Source of the DNA: Candidatus Heimdallarchaeota archaeon
GTDB taxonomy: Archaea > Asgardarchaeota > Heimdallarchaeia > Hodarchaeales > Hodarchaeaceae
Direction of reading: 5' to 3'
NCBI GenBank assembly: GCA_011364965.1
Contig: RDOB01000003.1
Location: 128,001-192,000, forward strand
Length of the DNA: 64,000 nucleotides
Part shown: positions 49,351 to 60,185 of the stretch, piece by piece
Numbering within the stretch: the stretch's first letter is position 1
Layout of the letters: every line of letters starts with the position of its first letter
The notes under the pieces: model-generated
Databases searched by the model: none
Told to the model about the DNA's origin: nothing
What the model saw: only the letters and a program-made list of their open reading frames with translations
Position numbers and translations under genes: made by a program

Positions 49351-49562
49351 TGTCTTTACCTCTTTAGTTTATTCTTTGATTTAGTTGAAAAATTGTGATT
49401 ACAAATAATCGGGAATGGATGATAGTGTAAGTGTTATTTAAATGTTTAATTATTGTGATTTACTTTATTCAAGCTTGTTTATTAAATCCATCTTTTTAAA
49501 AATTAATATTTCTTCATAACAAGCAGGATTTTACAAAAAATAGATTCCATTCCAGCTTTTAA

Positions 49563-50678
49563 TTAAACCGTTAATTCAGGTTTGCTTAATTCTTCCCCCA
49601 AATAATTCATTAAAGGTACTAAACTGGCGTCCAATCTAGTAATAAATGTACTATGTGGTAAGGAAAGGAAATACCTAAATGAATGGTCGAATGGGATATC
49701 CTCAGTGTTCATTCGTTGGATGAAATCGAATTCAGCCTCATAAGCTGCTCTAAAAGAGGGAAATACAGATATATAGAAAATGTCATGAGCTGATTGTACT
49801 AAAAATGCAGGAGTAAGACTAACATCTATAATGGTAATGGCTTTTTCTAATGACGATTTTTCAGTTGACATGATTGTGATATGTGATAGAAAAGCAATTT
49901 TATAACCTAATTTTCCCAAATTTGGCAAGATTCGTGTTGTTAACATTCCAGTTTGAAGAAAAGTACGAAGCCAACGAGTTGTGGTTGTTTTAGGCTTCCC
50001 TAGCTGATTAGCTATTTTTCTTGGCGAGCTCCCAGGATTGTGAAGCAATGAAAGAAAGACTTCCCACCCTAGTTTAGTAATATTCAATTCTTGGTCAATG
50101 GGAAGAAATATCTGTTTTAAAGGAGAAGTTGGAGATGATTCATCAAGGTAATATTCTAAGCTTCGAGAAAAATCGAGAACTCTTGGAAATTTGGAAAGGA
50201 ATACTGGAAAATTTAATTTATAGTGGGAACTGAATTGAATTTGTTCTTGATAGGCCAAATTATCGAATTTCATCATACTATTAGCCAAATCAGAATAATT
50301 TCGGTTAAAACTACTGATAAATGAGAGGTTACTCTCAACAAGGGAAAAAAAGACACTGGGAATTTCCCTTAAAAAGCTAAATGTCTCAGAAATTTCTCTG
50401 TCAGGACGCTTTGATTCCTTTTGACAACAACTTGATATCGTACGCAAATCAATATTGAATATTTCAGCACCCATAACACTTATATTTGGTAAATAATATT
50501 TACGGAAGTATTTTTGCTTCATTAATCGTTTCTTTATTGTAGCGAAGGTTGAATGTTTTATTCCAACAATAGATGCAATTTCAATATCAGGAGAAGATGG
50601 ATATTGAATTATGCTAGTTAGTACCTTTTTCTCTCTTGTAGAAAGATCATTAGTTAATTTTAACGCATTACCTGGCAT
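49563..50678 (-). CDS. Double HTH/Lrp-AsnC-like regulator (paralog A)
   Basis: Two HTH modules, each followed by a P(N/D)...(M/L)G linker and a beta/alpha RAM-like segment. Confidence 0.65.
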   Translation of the reverse strand: MPGNALKLTNDLSTREKKVLTSIIQYPSSPDIEIASIVGIKHSTFATIKKRLMKQKYFRKYYLPNISVMGAEIFNIDLRTISSCCQKESKRPDREISETFSFLREIPSVFFSLVESNLSFISSFNRNYSDLANSMMKFDNLAYQEQIQFSSHYKLNFPVFLSKFPRVLDFSRSLEYYLDESSPTSPLKQIFLPIDQELNITKLGWEVFLSLLHNPGSSPRKIANQLGKPKTTTTRWLRTFLQTGMLTTRILPNLGKLGYKIAFLSHITIMSTEKSSLEKAITIIDVSLTPAFLVQSAHDIFYISVFPSFRAAYEAEFDFIQRMNTEDIPFDHSFRYFLSLPHSTFITRLDASLVPLMNYLGEELSKPELTV

Positions 50679-50690
50679 TTCTGAAACTTC

Positions 50691-51800
50691 CTAGGAAATT
50701 TGTTTTAACAAATATCCTTCTTGCTCCCTCAAATAATGAACCAAACTAGAAAATGACTCTTTATAATCTTTCAAGGAAATAATATTATCTAACGACATAA
50801 CAATTTTATTTAGATCAGAAGGTAAATTAAATCTATTCATTTCACCAAAGAACCTACCCTCGACCTCTCGTAAATCATAATAATCGTGAAATATGGAGAA
50901 GAATATTATTTTGTCATAAGTTAAAAATAAATCAGTAGGGGAAAAATATTGTTGAATTAATGTCCTGATTTTCTCACGATCAACTTTCTCTAGACCTTGG
51001 ATAGACACTGTCGCAATTAATTGAATATTAAAACCAAGAGTGGTCAAATCAGGTATATATCGTTGCTGATATAAATTGAGACTTTGGAATTTCTTAACCC
51101 ACCTAGTAATCGTATTTCGAGGTTTCGAGAGTTGTTGGCATAAATCTACAATTGTTGCGTTTGGAAATCTTATTAGTGAATCAAATACCTGCCAACCCAA
51201 GGGAGAAATTTGGCTTATATCAACCTCTGTTCCATTAAATATAGGAACAGTAGGAGGATCAGGTACTTTTATTTCCCAAATGTTTGCTAGAGCTTCAGAG
51301 TATTGTAAAAACCTATAAAATCCTCCTGATGGAAATGATATTATATATCGAGTTAAATCCGTTGGAGAAAGCAATTTAAAATCTAAGTAATAATGAACGA
51401 ATGAATGATGAACTATTGTGAAATCTGTATAGTTTCTATTGATCAATATTACTAATGCACGACTCGGAGATGGCTCAATACTAGTCTTTACTACATTATA
51501 TAATTGTTGTAATCGCTCAAACGCATCAGATTCTGATATTGTCGCTAAAGCTTTTGAATTAAGCTTTGCAATTGTTAATGAAAATAATTCAGCACCTAAT
51601 ACCCGAAAATTTGGGACATTAATGGGATATAGGAGTGGAGAGGAGCCCTCAGGTTCTAAAATCTTCTTTTTAACTGTTGCAAAGGTTGATCGCTTCACAC
51701 CTAGTTTTTCTGCAATAAAAGAATCCGAACTCATTGGATAAGACAATAATCCCACTATTACTTGCTTTTGATTTTGGGAAAGTTTAATTGAAACTGTCAT
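50691..51800 (-). CDS. Double HTH/Lrp-AsnC-like regulator (paralog B)
   Basis: Same layout as its neighbour: STFAT.KK, PN...GAE, I..LGW.VF, KP..T.TRW. Confidence 0.65.
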   Translation of the reverse strand: MTVSIKLSQNQKQVIVGLLSYPMSSDSFIAEKLGVKRSTFATVKKKILEPEGSSPLLYPINVPNFRVLGAELFSLTIAKLNSKALATISESDAFERLQQLYNVVKTSIEPSPSRALVILINRNYTDFTIVHHSFVHYYLDFKLLSPTDLTRYIISFPSGGFYRFLQYSEALANIWEIKVPDPPTVPIFNGTEVDISQISPLGWQVFDSLIRFPNATIVDLCQQLSKPRNTITRWVKKFQSLNLYQQRYIPDLTTLGFNIQLIATVSIQGLEKVDREKIRTLIQQYFSPTDLFLTYDKIIFFSIFHDYYDLREVEGRFFGEMNRFNLPSDLNKIVMSLDNIISLKDYKESFSSLVHYLREQEGYLLKQIS

Positions 51801-51977
51801 AATCCGTAAATCCTAATTTTTCAACCTTAAACCGAGTTCCTCTTAAAGACCTTAATAAAATGATGTAACATATTTTTCTTATTTTTAGTATGAAATTCAT
51901 GGTAAATGAAAATATTGGTAAAAAGGATCTAAAAAGGGAACTTCTTTACAAAAAATAAAAAGAGAGTAAAAACAGAA

Positions 51978-52586
51978 TTAAAGTAAATCTAACGCCCCTT
52001 TGAGCTGAGCTTTCTCCTCTTCGGTAAGACCTGCCTCGCTAGGAGTTAACAAATCCGCTTCATCTGCTAACCTCATGGAAATTTGAAGGGATTTCTCAAG
52101 ATAGTAGCTAGCTTTCTCCTCCATGCGTTTATGCTTATAGGCAGTCGATATTATGTATAAACTAGTTGCCATTCCCTTTTCATAACCAATATCTTCAGCT
52201 ACCTCTAAAGCTTCCTCTGTAAAATCGAAAGCTTTTATGAAGTCTTTCCGTTCCATCGCTAAGACCCATGCTAAATTTAATAACGCTTCCGCAATACCTT
52301 TCTTGTAATTATGGGCTCTAGCAATAGCTAAAGATTCCGCAGTAATTTCTAAAAACTTATTAAAGGCATTATTCTTCCAATGGAATATTCCAAGTTGATT
52401 CTTAAGGTCTACTTCTGGTTGGATAAATGAGAGTTTTTCAGCATCTTTAAGTGATTTTTCTAGTAATTGTATCGCTTTTTTGAAAGCACCATCCTCAGCA
52501 ATTGATACTGCCTTCTTTATTACTCCCCTGAATTTGGCTAAGGTCTCAGGATCAATTGTTTTAGCTTCTCCAGACATTTTGTTCAC
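51978..52586 (-). CDS. TPR protein
   Basis: MalT-type TPR helices (NQLGI, GIAEALLNLA). Confidence 0.8.
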   Translation of the reverse strand: MNKMSGEAKTIDPETLAKFRGVIKKAVSIAEDGAFKKAIQLLEKSLKDAEKLSFIQPEVDLKNQLGIFHWKNNAFNKFLEITAESLAIARAHNYKKGIAEALLNLAWVLAMERKDFIKAFDFTEEALEVAEDIGYEKGMATSLYIISTAYKHKRMEEKASYYLEKSLQISMRLADEADLLTPSEAGLTEEEKAQLKGALDLL

Positions 52587-52797
52587 TTAGGTAGCTCTTG
52601 TGTGTTTTAAAGGATGGATGGATTAATTTGAAGAACACTTCTGATACGATATATTCGCTTATCTCTCTAATTTAAGCTCTTCGTTTTTATTTTTTTCTCA
52701 AAGAAAAGAAAGTCTACAAATGTTAGCTTAATTTTCCTTTATAGGAATTCCCCTATCGCAAAGAAAACCTTTAGAACGGAAAAAAAATATTTAGATA

Positions 52798-53538
52798 TTG
52801 AGTAAATCTGCTGTAGCTGTTTTAATAATGAAATTAGAGGAAAATTATACACCAGGCCGATTCCTACAGCGTCCCAATCGATTTTTATCTATAGTCGAAA
52901 TCACAGCTGGAGAAAACTCTACTGAACACGTTAAGGCGCATGTTCCTGATCCAGGACGATTAAAGGAATTATTGATTCCAAACGCAGAAATAATTTTAAG
53001 AAAAAGTGATAATGTATCTAGAAAAACCAATTATTCCCTTGTAGGAGTAAAAAAAGGAAAAATATGGGTAAATATTGATTCACAAATAGCTAATAAACTC
53101 TTTTTATCAGATTTTATGCAGATCCCCTCTTTTCTAGAATACAAAATCATAAAATCCGAATTTACTTTTGGTAGAAGCAGAATAGATTTCCTTTTAGAAC
53201 ATCGAAAAATCCAAAAAAGAGCTTTATTAGAAATAAAAAGCGCTACTTTAGTGGAGAATGGAGTAGCTCTTTTTCCAGACGCCCCAACGGTAAGAGGAGT
53301 CAAACATCTTAATGAATTGATATCATCATTAGATACTGGGTATGAAGCTTTTGTGGTGTTTGTAATTAAAAGAGAAGATGCTATGTCTTTTACTCCAAAT
53401 GTAAAAACAGACCCCATATTTACAAAAACTCTTTTTAAAGCAATGAAAGCTGGAGTAAAGGTAATCACTGTCAAATGTTCTTATGACCCTATAATCAAGA
53501 GAGAACTTTCATTTAAAAACGAAATAGATTTTCTTTAA
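52798..53538 (+). CDS. sfsA: SfsA PD-(D/E)xK nuclease (start may be ATG 52828)
   Basis: RPNRF, HVPDPGRLKE, SRIDF, LEIKS.TL, FPDAPT.RG.KHL.EL. Confidence 0.93.
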   Translation: MSKSAVAVLIMKLEENYTPGRFLQRPNRFLSIVEITAGENSTEHVKAHVPDPGRLKELLIPNAEIILRKSDNVSRKTNYSLVGVKKGKIWVNIDSQIANKLFLSDFMQIPSFLEYKIIKSEFTFGRSRIDFLLEHRKIQKRALLEIKSATLVENGVALFPDAPTVRGVKHLNELISSLDTGYEAFVVFVIKREDAMSFTPNVKTDPIFTKTLFKAMKAGVKVITVKCSYDPIIKRELSFKNEIDFL

Positions 53539-53720
53539 AATAATATGTAGTAGTCAAAATCCATTTAAATTTACGGAATAAAACTCTCATTGCCTTATTT
53601 TTAGATATCAATAAAAAGTAATTAGATCAATCTCATCCATGGATATCTAGAAGAATAACATTTTGACTTCGCAGTTTTTAGCTTATATTGTTGTATTTGA
53701 ATTGTCAACCTGCGGGTAAC

Positions 53721-54824
53721 ATGATGAACTGGAGTCAAGTGATATTTCATATTGATCTTGATTCTTTCTTTGCTTCAGTTCACATAAAATATAACCCTTT
53801 TTTACAAGATTTACCAGTTATAATCGGCGCAGATCCCCGGAATGGAAACGGAAGGGGGGTTGTGTCAACTTGTTCATATGTAGCTCGAAAATATGGTATA
53901 CACTCAGCCATGCCCATCTCGCAAGCTTTTCGTCTTTGTCCAGAGGGAATATATGTATGCTCTGGAAAGCAGATCTCCTTTCCAACATATAATGAGGAAT
54001 CAATCAAAGTGATGGAAATTTTAGAATCATATGCAGATAAATTTCAACAGGCTGGAATAGATGAAGCTTACTTGGATGTGTCAGAATCGTGGAATAGATA
54101 TGGTTCGTCTCCTATGGCACTTGCAAAGATTATTCAAGATAGGATTTTTCATAAATTATCTCTTTCAGTTTCAATTGGCATTTCAGAAACAAAAAGTATA
54201 GCAAAAATAGCTTCGGATCTCGAGAAACCAAAAGGAATTACTTCAGTGCATAATTCCGAATTAGAAGAGAAAATCTATCATTTATCAGTAAGAAAAATCG
54301 TCGGAGTAGGTAAAAAAACTGAAAAAAGTCTTCAGAAGCTCGGAATAATAAATATCGGTCAAATCGCATCATTGTCCAGAATTAAAATCTATTCTTTGTT
54401 GGGAGACTATGGATTATATTTACAGAAGGTAGTTAAAGGCTTAAATGTTCGTGAGGTTGGATATTCCTCTTCAGAGCGTAAATCGATTGGATCCGAACGT
54501 ACATTTGGTAAGGATCAAAGTAATTGGCAATTAATTGAACAACGAGTTAATGAAACCATTCACAGGTTAATTGAAAATTTACATAAGAAAGAATTACTCT
54601 GTAGAACAATAACAATTAAAATTCGTTTTGAAGGATTTGATACCTATACCAGAAGCCATACTTATCGGAATTATATCAATAATGAAAATGTTATTCGAAA
54701 CACGGCAATGTTATTACTCCAGGAATATGTTCATTCATCAAAAAAAGTTCGATTGATCGGAGTACGGTTTTCTAATCTGAAAAGTTGTGAAAAACAAATG
54801 ATTTTAACTTCTTTTATAAATTAA
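53721..54824 (+). CDS. dinB: Y-family DNA polymerase IV (DinB/Dpo4)
   Basis: HIDLDSFFASV, SYVARKYG, IDEAYLD, AKIASD..KP.G; C-terminal PIP-like QMILTSF. Confidence 0.95.
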   Translation: MMNWSQVIFHIDLDSFFASVHIKYNPFLQDLPVIIGADPRNGNGRGVVSTCSYVARKYGIHSAMPISQAFRLCPEGIYVCSGKQISFPTYNEESIKVMEILESYADKFQQAGIDEAYLDVSESWNRYGSSPMALAKIIQDRIFHKLSLSVSIGISETKSIAKIASDLEKPKGITSVHNSELEEKIYHLSVRKIVGVGKKTEKSLQKLGIINIGQIASLSRIKIYSLLGDYGLYLQKVVKGLNVREVGYSSSERKSIGSERTFGKDQSNWQLIEQRVNETIHRLIENLHKKELLCRTITIKIRFEGFDTYTRSHTYRNYINNENVIRNTAMLLLQEYVHSSKKVRLIGVRFSNLKSCEKQMILTSFIN

Positions 54825-54961
54825 GCCCGAAATTCCTATCTAGTACTCGGATAACATAAAAATCCAAATAAGAAGGTTAAAATTATCTGATCGATAAAGA
54901 TAGGGTATAATGTCATTTAACCCTTCCAAGTATCAGATTAAGTAAATGAGGATGAATTCCC

Positions 54962-56539
54962 ATGGTTTATCGATTAACCAAGATGAAAACGAGAACAAAG
55001 ATATTATTTTTTATTATAATCTGGCTATTTTCTGCTTTTTGCGCAGTCCTAGGGTCAATGTTTATTGCCACTGCTATTATTCTGCCAAATACTCCTTATG
55101 AAATTACAAGAAATCCTGTTATTTCAGAAATTCGGCAACAGATGGGACCACTGATCTTTTTAGGATACTGGGATCAAGAAAATGGAATTTATTACCCAAA
55201 CATAACTATTGCTGATGATGGAGAACGTGTTTACGCTCTGACTGATACTGGTCTAAGAATTGAAAATTTTAGATTTTGGTTTGTTGAAGAAGTCAGACAA
55301 AACGGATCGATAGTATATTTTATGGGAGATCCAGATGCTACCGATAACTGGGGAAAACTTGAATTCTACAGTTACTTGGGAGTGATTTGGGAAATTGAGG
55401 CAAAACCTGAGCATATAAATGTCAATTTTAGAACAAAAGAAATTGGATTAAAATATAGGCCAGGTGAGAATTACCCTATATATAAAAGAATAATTGATGC
55501 TCCAGTAGGATCAGAAATTCCCGAAAAACCAGAATTTATTGGAGATTATTTTATTGTTCAAACACGGGGAGTATTGCAATGGTTATCACGGATTATATCG
55601 GATATTTACAATAACCTCCTTGGCGAGTTTCTATTCATTGGTCGAACTCTTCTTACAACTGTAGCAATAGGGGGAGGTATAGGAATTCTTATGGCCTTTT
55701 TTCTTATTATTACTAAATTAGCGCATATATTTGGAGGACAGAGATGGACCTTTTATTTGTTGAAATCTCTTAACGGAAAATTAGGAAAACTAGTCCGATT
55801 TATCCCATTTTTCGACTTTAATGGGGAATTTTTTGTTGAAGAACGATTTGTCGACATTATTGATCTTTCAACAGTAAGATCAACCTTCAGGGAGCTTTTC
55901 AAACAACGATGGTATGATATGATATTTTTTCCAACTGCACTGGCCTCCATCCTAACGATTTTCTTTGTCCAAAATTATCCTGGAGAGGATAAAATTGAAG
56001 CGTTAGCTCTAAGTCCACTAATCTCTCCCATTGTATTAATTTTACTCCTAGTTTACTTCCCAGCCATTTGGGCATATAATGAAGGAGGATTTAAACGGTT
56101 AGAAATCTCTCCCCAAGGAGATATTATTGCTGTAAAACCTTTAGGGAAAATTCTGAGAGATGGATTGGGAATCGTGGTAGGATTTTCTGGTATTATTTCT
56201 CTTGGAGCCTTAGCTGTAGAAGTTACACAAGCAATAGCCAAATATCCAAAATCCACTGGTCAAATAGAAGTTGCAGGGTTCACTTTTGATATTTTTGGGT
56301 TAATTCTCCTAGGTTTTTGGACTATAGGATTATTTCTCCTTCTTTTGGGTTCCATTATTGTTGGATCTTCTTTATTAGCAGCTAATTACCTCCAGTCAGC
56401 TCATCTAGAAACAATTGAAAATATCCGAAAAAGATCTGAAAAGGAAGACCTAATTACCAATTGGGGTTCTGTTTCCTACCAATTTAAACCAAAAGCAGCA
56501 GAAACCATTTATATGAAAGGTGATGAACAAAATCAATGA
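54962..56539 (+). CDS. Hypothetical membrane protein with an extracytoplasmic domain
   Basis: N-terminal TM, ~180-aa soluble region, then several TMs. Confidence 0.7.
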   Translation: MVYRLTKMKTRTKILFFIIIWLFSAFCAVLGSMFIATAIILPNTPYEITRNPVISEIRQQMGPLIFLGYWDQENGIYYPNITIADDGERVYALTDTGLRIENFRFWFVEEVRQNGSIVYFMGDPDATDNWGKLEFYSYLGVIWEIEAKPEHINVNFRTKEIGLKYRPGENYPIYKRIIDAPVGSEIPEKPEFIGDYFIVQTRGVLQWLSRIISDIYNNLLGEFLFIGRTLLTTVAIGGGIGILMAFFLIITKLAHIFGGQRWTFYLLKSLNGKLGKLVRFIPFFDFNGEFFVEERFVDIIDLSTVRSTFRELFKQRWYDMIFFPTALASILTIFFVQNYPGEDKIEALALSPLISPIVLILLLVYFPAIWAYNEGGFKRLEISPQGDIIAVKPLGKILRDGLGIVVGFSGIISLGALAVEVTQAIAKYPKSTGQIEVAGFTFDIFGLILLGFWTIGLFLLLLGSIIVGSSLLAANYLQSAHLETIENIRKRSEKEDLITNWGSVSYQFKPKAAETIYMKGDEQNQ

Positions 56540-56649
56540 AGCTTCTCATCAATTCTCCCTTTAACTTTCTCTACTGAAAGTCACATATACGACTCTCAAA
56601 ACCTAGTCAATTTATAACTTTAAAGATTAGTGGAATATGGGATTAAAGA

Positions 56650-57183
56650 GTGATCAGAAAGGAAGACATTACAGCACTCCAGCAGGAATACGCAAATCTT
56701 GATTCACACGATTACTCAAGTATTTATGAGTATGTAACAAAAGTAATTAGGTATTTTTTGAACAGATCACGGTATGGCATCTTACTTGGATTGGTTGAAC
56801 TCGGATATAATCAAGGAAATTTCGTTGGAGGTTTTCATTTAGTGGGTACAAATGAAATTTATCTCAATAAATCCGCTCTAAGAGTGATGCGTAATGAGAC
56901 AACTTTCGAGCTCTACCAAGCATATTTATTCCATTTATTGCTTCACGAAAGTATCCATGCAATAGGAATTACAAACGAAGGAAAAACACGCGACCTAGTT
57001 CGCAAAATATCTCTCTCACTTTTTGGTTCACGGCATCCGGTAGGGAGATTAGCGATTTTTGGCTTAGGAGCATATTTTCCATATACTTTCAGAGATGAAC
57101 GTTTTGATACAGATTCCCATGAAATCAGAAATCCCGAATATATATTGCTGCGACATCGAGAGAGCGAATTGACTTATATCTAA
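56650..57183 (+). CDS. Small zincin-like metalloprotein
   Basis: LLHESIHAIG..NE (HExxH + E). Confidence 0.7.
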   Translation: MIRKEDITALQQEYANLDSHDYSSIYEYVTKVIRYFLNRSRYGILLGLVELGYNQGNFVGGFHLVGTNEIYLNKSALRVMRNETTFELYQAYLFHLLLHESIHAIGITNEGKTRDLVRKISLSLFGSRHPVGRLAIFGLGAYFPYTFRDERFDTDSHEIRNPEYILLRHRESELTYI

Positions 57184-58355
57184 AGTTTTTTTTCTCTACT
57201 GAGAAATTTCACTGCAGCATTAGCTAGAATTGCTGTTCCGATATACAATACTGAATCATCTATATCAAAATCGGGTGCATGATGTGAAGTAGCGGGATTT
57301 AATTGAACCCCTAAGTAGTAAAAAGCACCTGGGATGGAATCTGAAAAAACTGAAAAATCCTCAGCTCCCATTCCTAATCCTCCTTCAATAATCTTTTCTG
57401 TAGGGAGAATTTCTATAGCAACCTCTCGAAGAAGAGTAACCAATTCGCTATGATTATTAATGGAAGGATAACCCTTAATAATTTTCAATCGATAATTTCC
57501 CCCGAAATTACGAGAAAGCTGAAATGCTCGTTCTAAATCCTTTTGCAGTATTGAACGGACAGATGGATTTAATGAACGGATGGTTCCGTCTAATTCAACT
57601 TTGGGAGGTATGATATTGGCTGCTGTTCCACCGTGAATTTTACCAAAAGATATCACTGCGGGTTCCAAGGGGTCAATTCGTCGACTAATTACTGCTTGAA
57701 CTGCATTAATTACCTGAGCACTAATAAAGATAGGATCAATTCCTAAATGAGGATACGCGCCGTGACAACCTTTTCCTGTGATCTCACCCGAAAAAGTATC
57801 AACAGCAGCAGAAAAATATCCTGATTTTATTTGAAAGACTCCTGATTCTAACTCTGCATTGACATGTTGCCCGATAATAGCATCCACCCCATCCAGTACG
57901 CCATCCTTTAGCATTGCATCGGCACCTCCAACTCCATCTTTATCTTGACCTTCCTCAAAAGGTTGAAAAATAAATTTTATTGACCCTTCAGAGAGATTGA
58001 CCCCTGCTAATAATTTCGCCACTCCTAGTAACATCGCCATATGAGCATCATGACCACATGCGTGCATTACACCTGGAACTTTTGAAGCATATTCAACAGT
58101 TTTTATATCATGAATAGGTAAGGCATCCATATCTGCGCGTAAAGCAATACAGGGGTTTCCCTCACCTAATATTCCTACAAGTCCGGTTCTTCCGATATTT
58201 CGTTGAACTTCAACCCCGAATTCCTCCAAGAGGCTTGAAATATACTCTGCTGTCTTATATTCATTAAATCCTAGTTCAGGATACTGATGAAAATGACGTC
58301 TCCACCCAATGATTGAAGATGAAAGCTCCTTACTCTGTTCTAAAATCGATACCAT
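57180..58355 (-). CDS. M20D amidohydrolase
   Basis: H..PELGFNE, RADMDALP, MHACGHD.H, FQPFEE, AEDF, HH.PDF. Confidence 0.95.
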   Translation of the reverse strand: MVSILEQSKELSSSIIGWRRHFHQYPELGFNEYKTAEYISSLLEEFGVEVQRNIGRTGLVGILGEGNPCIALRADMDALPIHDIKTVEYASKVPGVMHACGHDAHMAMLLGVAKLLAGVNLSEGSIKFIFQPFEEGQDKDGVGGADAMLKDGVLDGVDAIIGQHVNAELESGVFQIKSGYFSAAVDTFSGEITGKGCHGAYPHLGIDPIFISAQVINAVQAVISRRIDPLEPAVISFGKIHGGTAANIIPPKVELDGTIRSLNPSVRSILQKDLERAFQLSRNFGGNYRLKIIKGYPSINNHSELVTLLREVAIEILPTEKIIEGGLGMGAEDFSVFSDSIPGAFYYLGVQLNPATSHHAPDFDIDDSVLYIGTAILANAAVKFLSREKKL

Positions 58356-58459
58356 TTTAATCCCACTATATCATTTAATAAATAAACCCATCTGGTAGGA
58401 CTTAAATCATTTAATCCTAGAACTACATATGGACATAAAAACAAATAGGTGAGAATTAT

Positions 58460-58687
58460 ATGAAGAAAATAGGTGGATTAGCGAAAGGAGTAGGCAAAGA
58501 AGCATTAAATACGGCATTAAATGCTGCAGTTAAAGAAATTATCAATGAAACAGGCGCAAAAGAAATTGCAAAAGAACGATTGCTTGAAGCAGGGAAAAAG
58601 ATCATGGGTGATACAAATATCCCCACGAAGGAAAAAATGCAGAAAGAGTTACTAAAAACTCTCATTAAAAAAGAACTGGGACTATAA
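58460..58687 (+). CDS. Small helical hypothetical protein
   Basis: AGGTGA SD, ATG, 75 aa. Confidence 0.6.
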   Translation: MKKIGGLAKGVGKEALNTALNAAVKEIINETGAKEIAKERLLEAGKKIMGDTNIPTKEKMQKELLKTLIKKELGL

Positions 58688-58840
58688 TTCCAATAAAAAA
58701 ATTAGTCAACTCATTTAGAGCAAGAGAGAGTAATATTCTTAAGCTACTGATCAAGGTTTATATGTTCCTTTTATTATTCTAATCGCAAGCTAGTTCTGTA
58801 AATAAGCAAAACCAAATATTGAAGAACAAAAAGAAGGAAC

Positions 58841-60073
58841 TTAGATTTTTCCTTCTTTTACATCCTGAAGGAACTTTCTAGCAGAATAAATTTCATCCTT
58901 AGTCTTTGAAATTTGCTCTTTAATCTCGGGAAGGACGCTTTTCTCTCCAATCATACCTGAGACAGTACTATATAAATCATCAATTATAATACTATTTGCT
59001 ACAATTACTTTACTAAGCTCATCAACCTGAATACGTTTTTCTCGATCTCTCAAGATACTTCCCAGTTCCTCTAAAAACGCAGTTTGGACACCAATCAGCC
59101 CGAGCTGTATGCTCTCCTCGACTCTTCTGGGAAGATCCACCTTTACTTTTTCTTGTTTATGCTGACGTATTTTATTTTCTAACCACGATTTTATCATTAC
59201 GATCTCAGGGATACCTGAAAGATCTGGTAATTGTCTATCCTTAGGAAAACGCCATTCATGTTGAAGCTGACTAATTAAATCTGATGTTTTAGCTTTTATC
59301 ATTCGCGATAGAGAGTATTCAACAGAGCTTATTATCAACCGATCCATGTTTAACACCAGTGCACGAAAAATGTCATTCAACTGGCCCCATTTGTTTTTGT
59401 TTTCAGGAAGAGTCAGCTCAAGTATACGAGTGGGAAAATACTCGATAATCTTGGAAATCAACCGAAATTCATCATCAATTTTAGATAATCGGCCCGAAGA
59501 TGACACCTCGATTTGTTTCCAATATGGAGGATTAATTTTTATATCACGAATGAGGGTGAACAGATACCTTTGAGGATCATTAATTCTAGAAAGAGAAATT
59601 TGAGATTTAAAATTGATCTTATGTCCTCGGTTATGGATAATTTCTCTATATTCTTGGCGAGCTCGTTTCTCGATTCCCAAGGCGCCAACTAAGAGAATTC
59701 CATATTTCATATCATTAATATTAATTCGAAATTCTTTATCGAACTTTATATCAACAGGTAGCTTTCTATCCCAATCTAAACCGTCTTTACCACGGATAGA
59801 GATATCTTTGCCTTTGGAGTAAAATATAAGTTCATGGTTTCCAATTTGCTGGAACGTAATACCGTCAGAGGCCACAGGAGTAAATTTCACATAGTCATCG
59901 TTGAATTGCTGATATAATAAATGGAAAAGCTCACTCTTACCGAATCCTCGTGGCCCCAGAATCATTAATGGAAGTTTTATTTTACCCTGAAAGAGCTCAA
60001 AATACCCCAGCTCACCATGAATGGAAAATAAGGGAGTTGGAGTCAATTTACGCTCAAGGTGTATCACGAACAA
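58841..60073 (-). CDS. Hypothetical P-loop protein
   Basis: Walker A MILGPRGFGKS; helical C-terminus. Confidence 0.6.
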   Translation of the reverse strand: MFVIHLERKLTPTPLFSIHGELGYFELFQGKIKLPLMILGPRGFGKSELFHLLYQQFNDDYVKFTPVASDGITFQQIGNHELIFYSKGKDISIRGKDGLDWDRKLPVDIKFDKEFRININDMKYGILLVGALGIEKRARQEYREIIHNRGHKINFKSQISLSRINDPQRYLFTLIRDIKINPPYWKQIEVSSSGRLSKIDDEFRLISKIIEYFPTRILELTLPENKNKWGQLNDIFRALVLNMDRLIISSVEYSLSRMIKAKTSDLISQLQHEWRFPKDRQLPDLSGIPEIVMIKSWLENKIRQHKQEKVKVDLPRRVEESIQLGLIGVQTAFLEELGSILRDREKRIQVDELSKVIVANSIIIDDLYSTVSGMIGEKSVLPEIKEQISKTKDEIYSARKFLQDVKEGKI

Positions 60074-60185
60074 TCATTCCTATGAGCATAGGATTTTGAA
60101 AATTTAAAAGTTTTACATTATACTGAATGAAAAAAGGAAGGAGATGAGATCTTAGAATATATTCAAGATACTCCCTTAATTTTTT

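Noticed and set aside
45736-54824. Restriction-modification or anti-phage island (nfo, MTase, SfsA, DinB)
   Set aside because: The genes are dispersed housekeeping and repair functions in separate transcription units; no REase next to the MTase and no mobility genes
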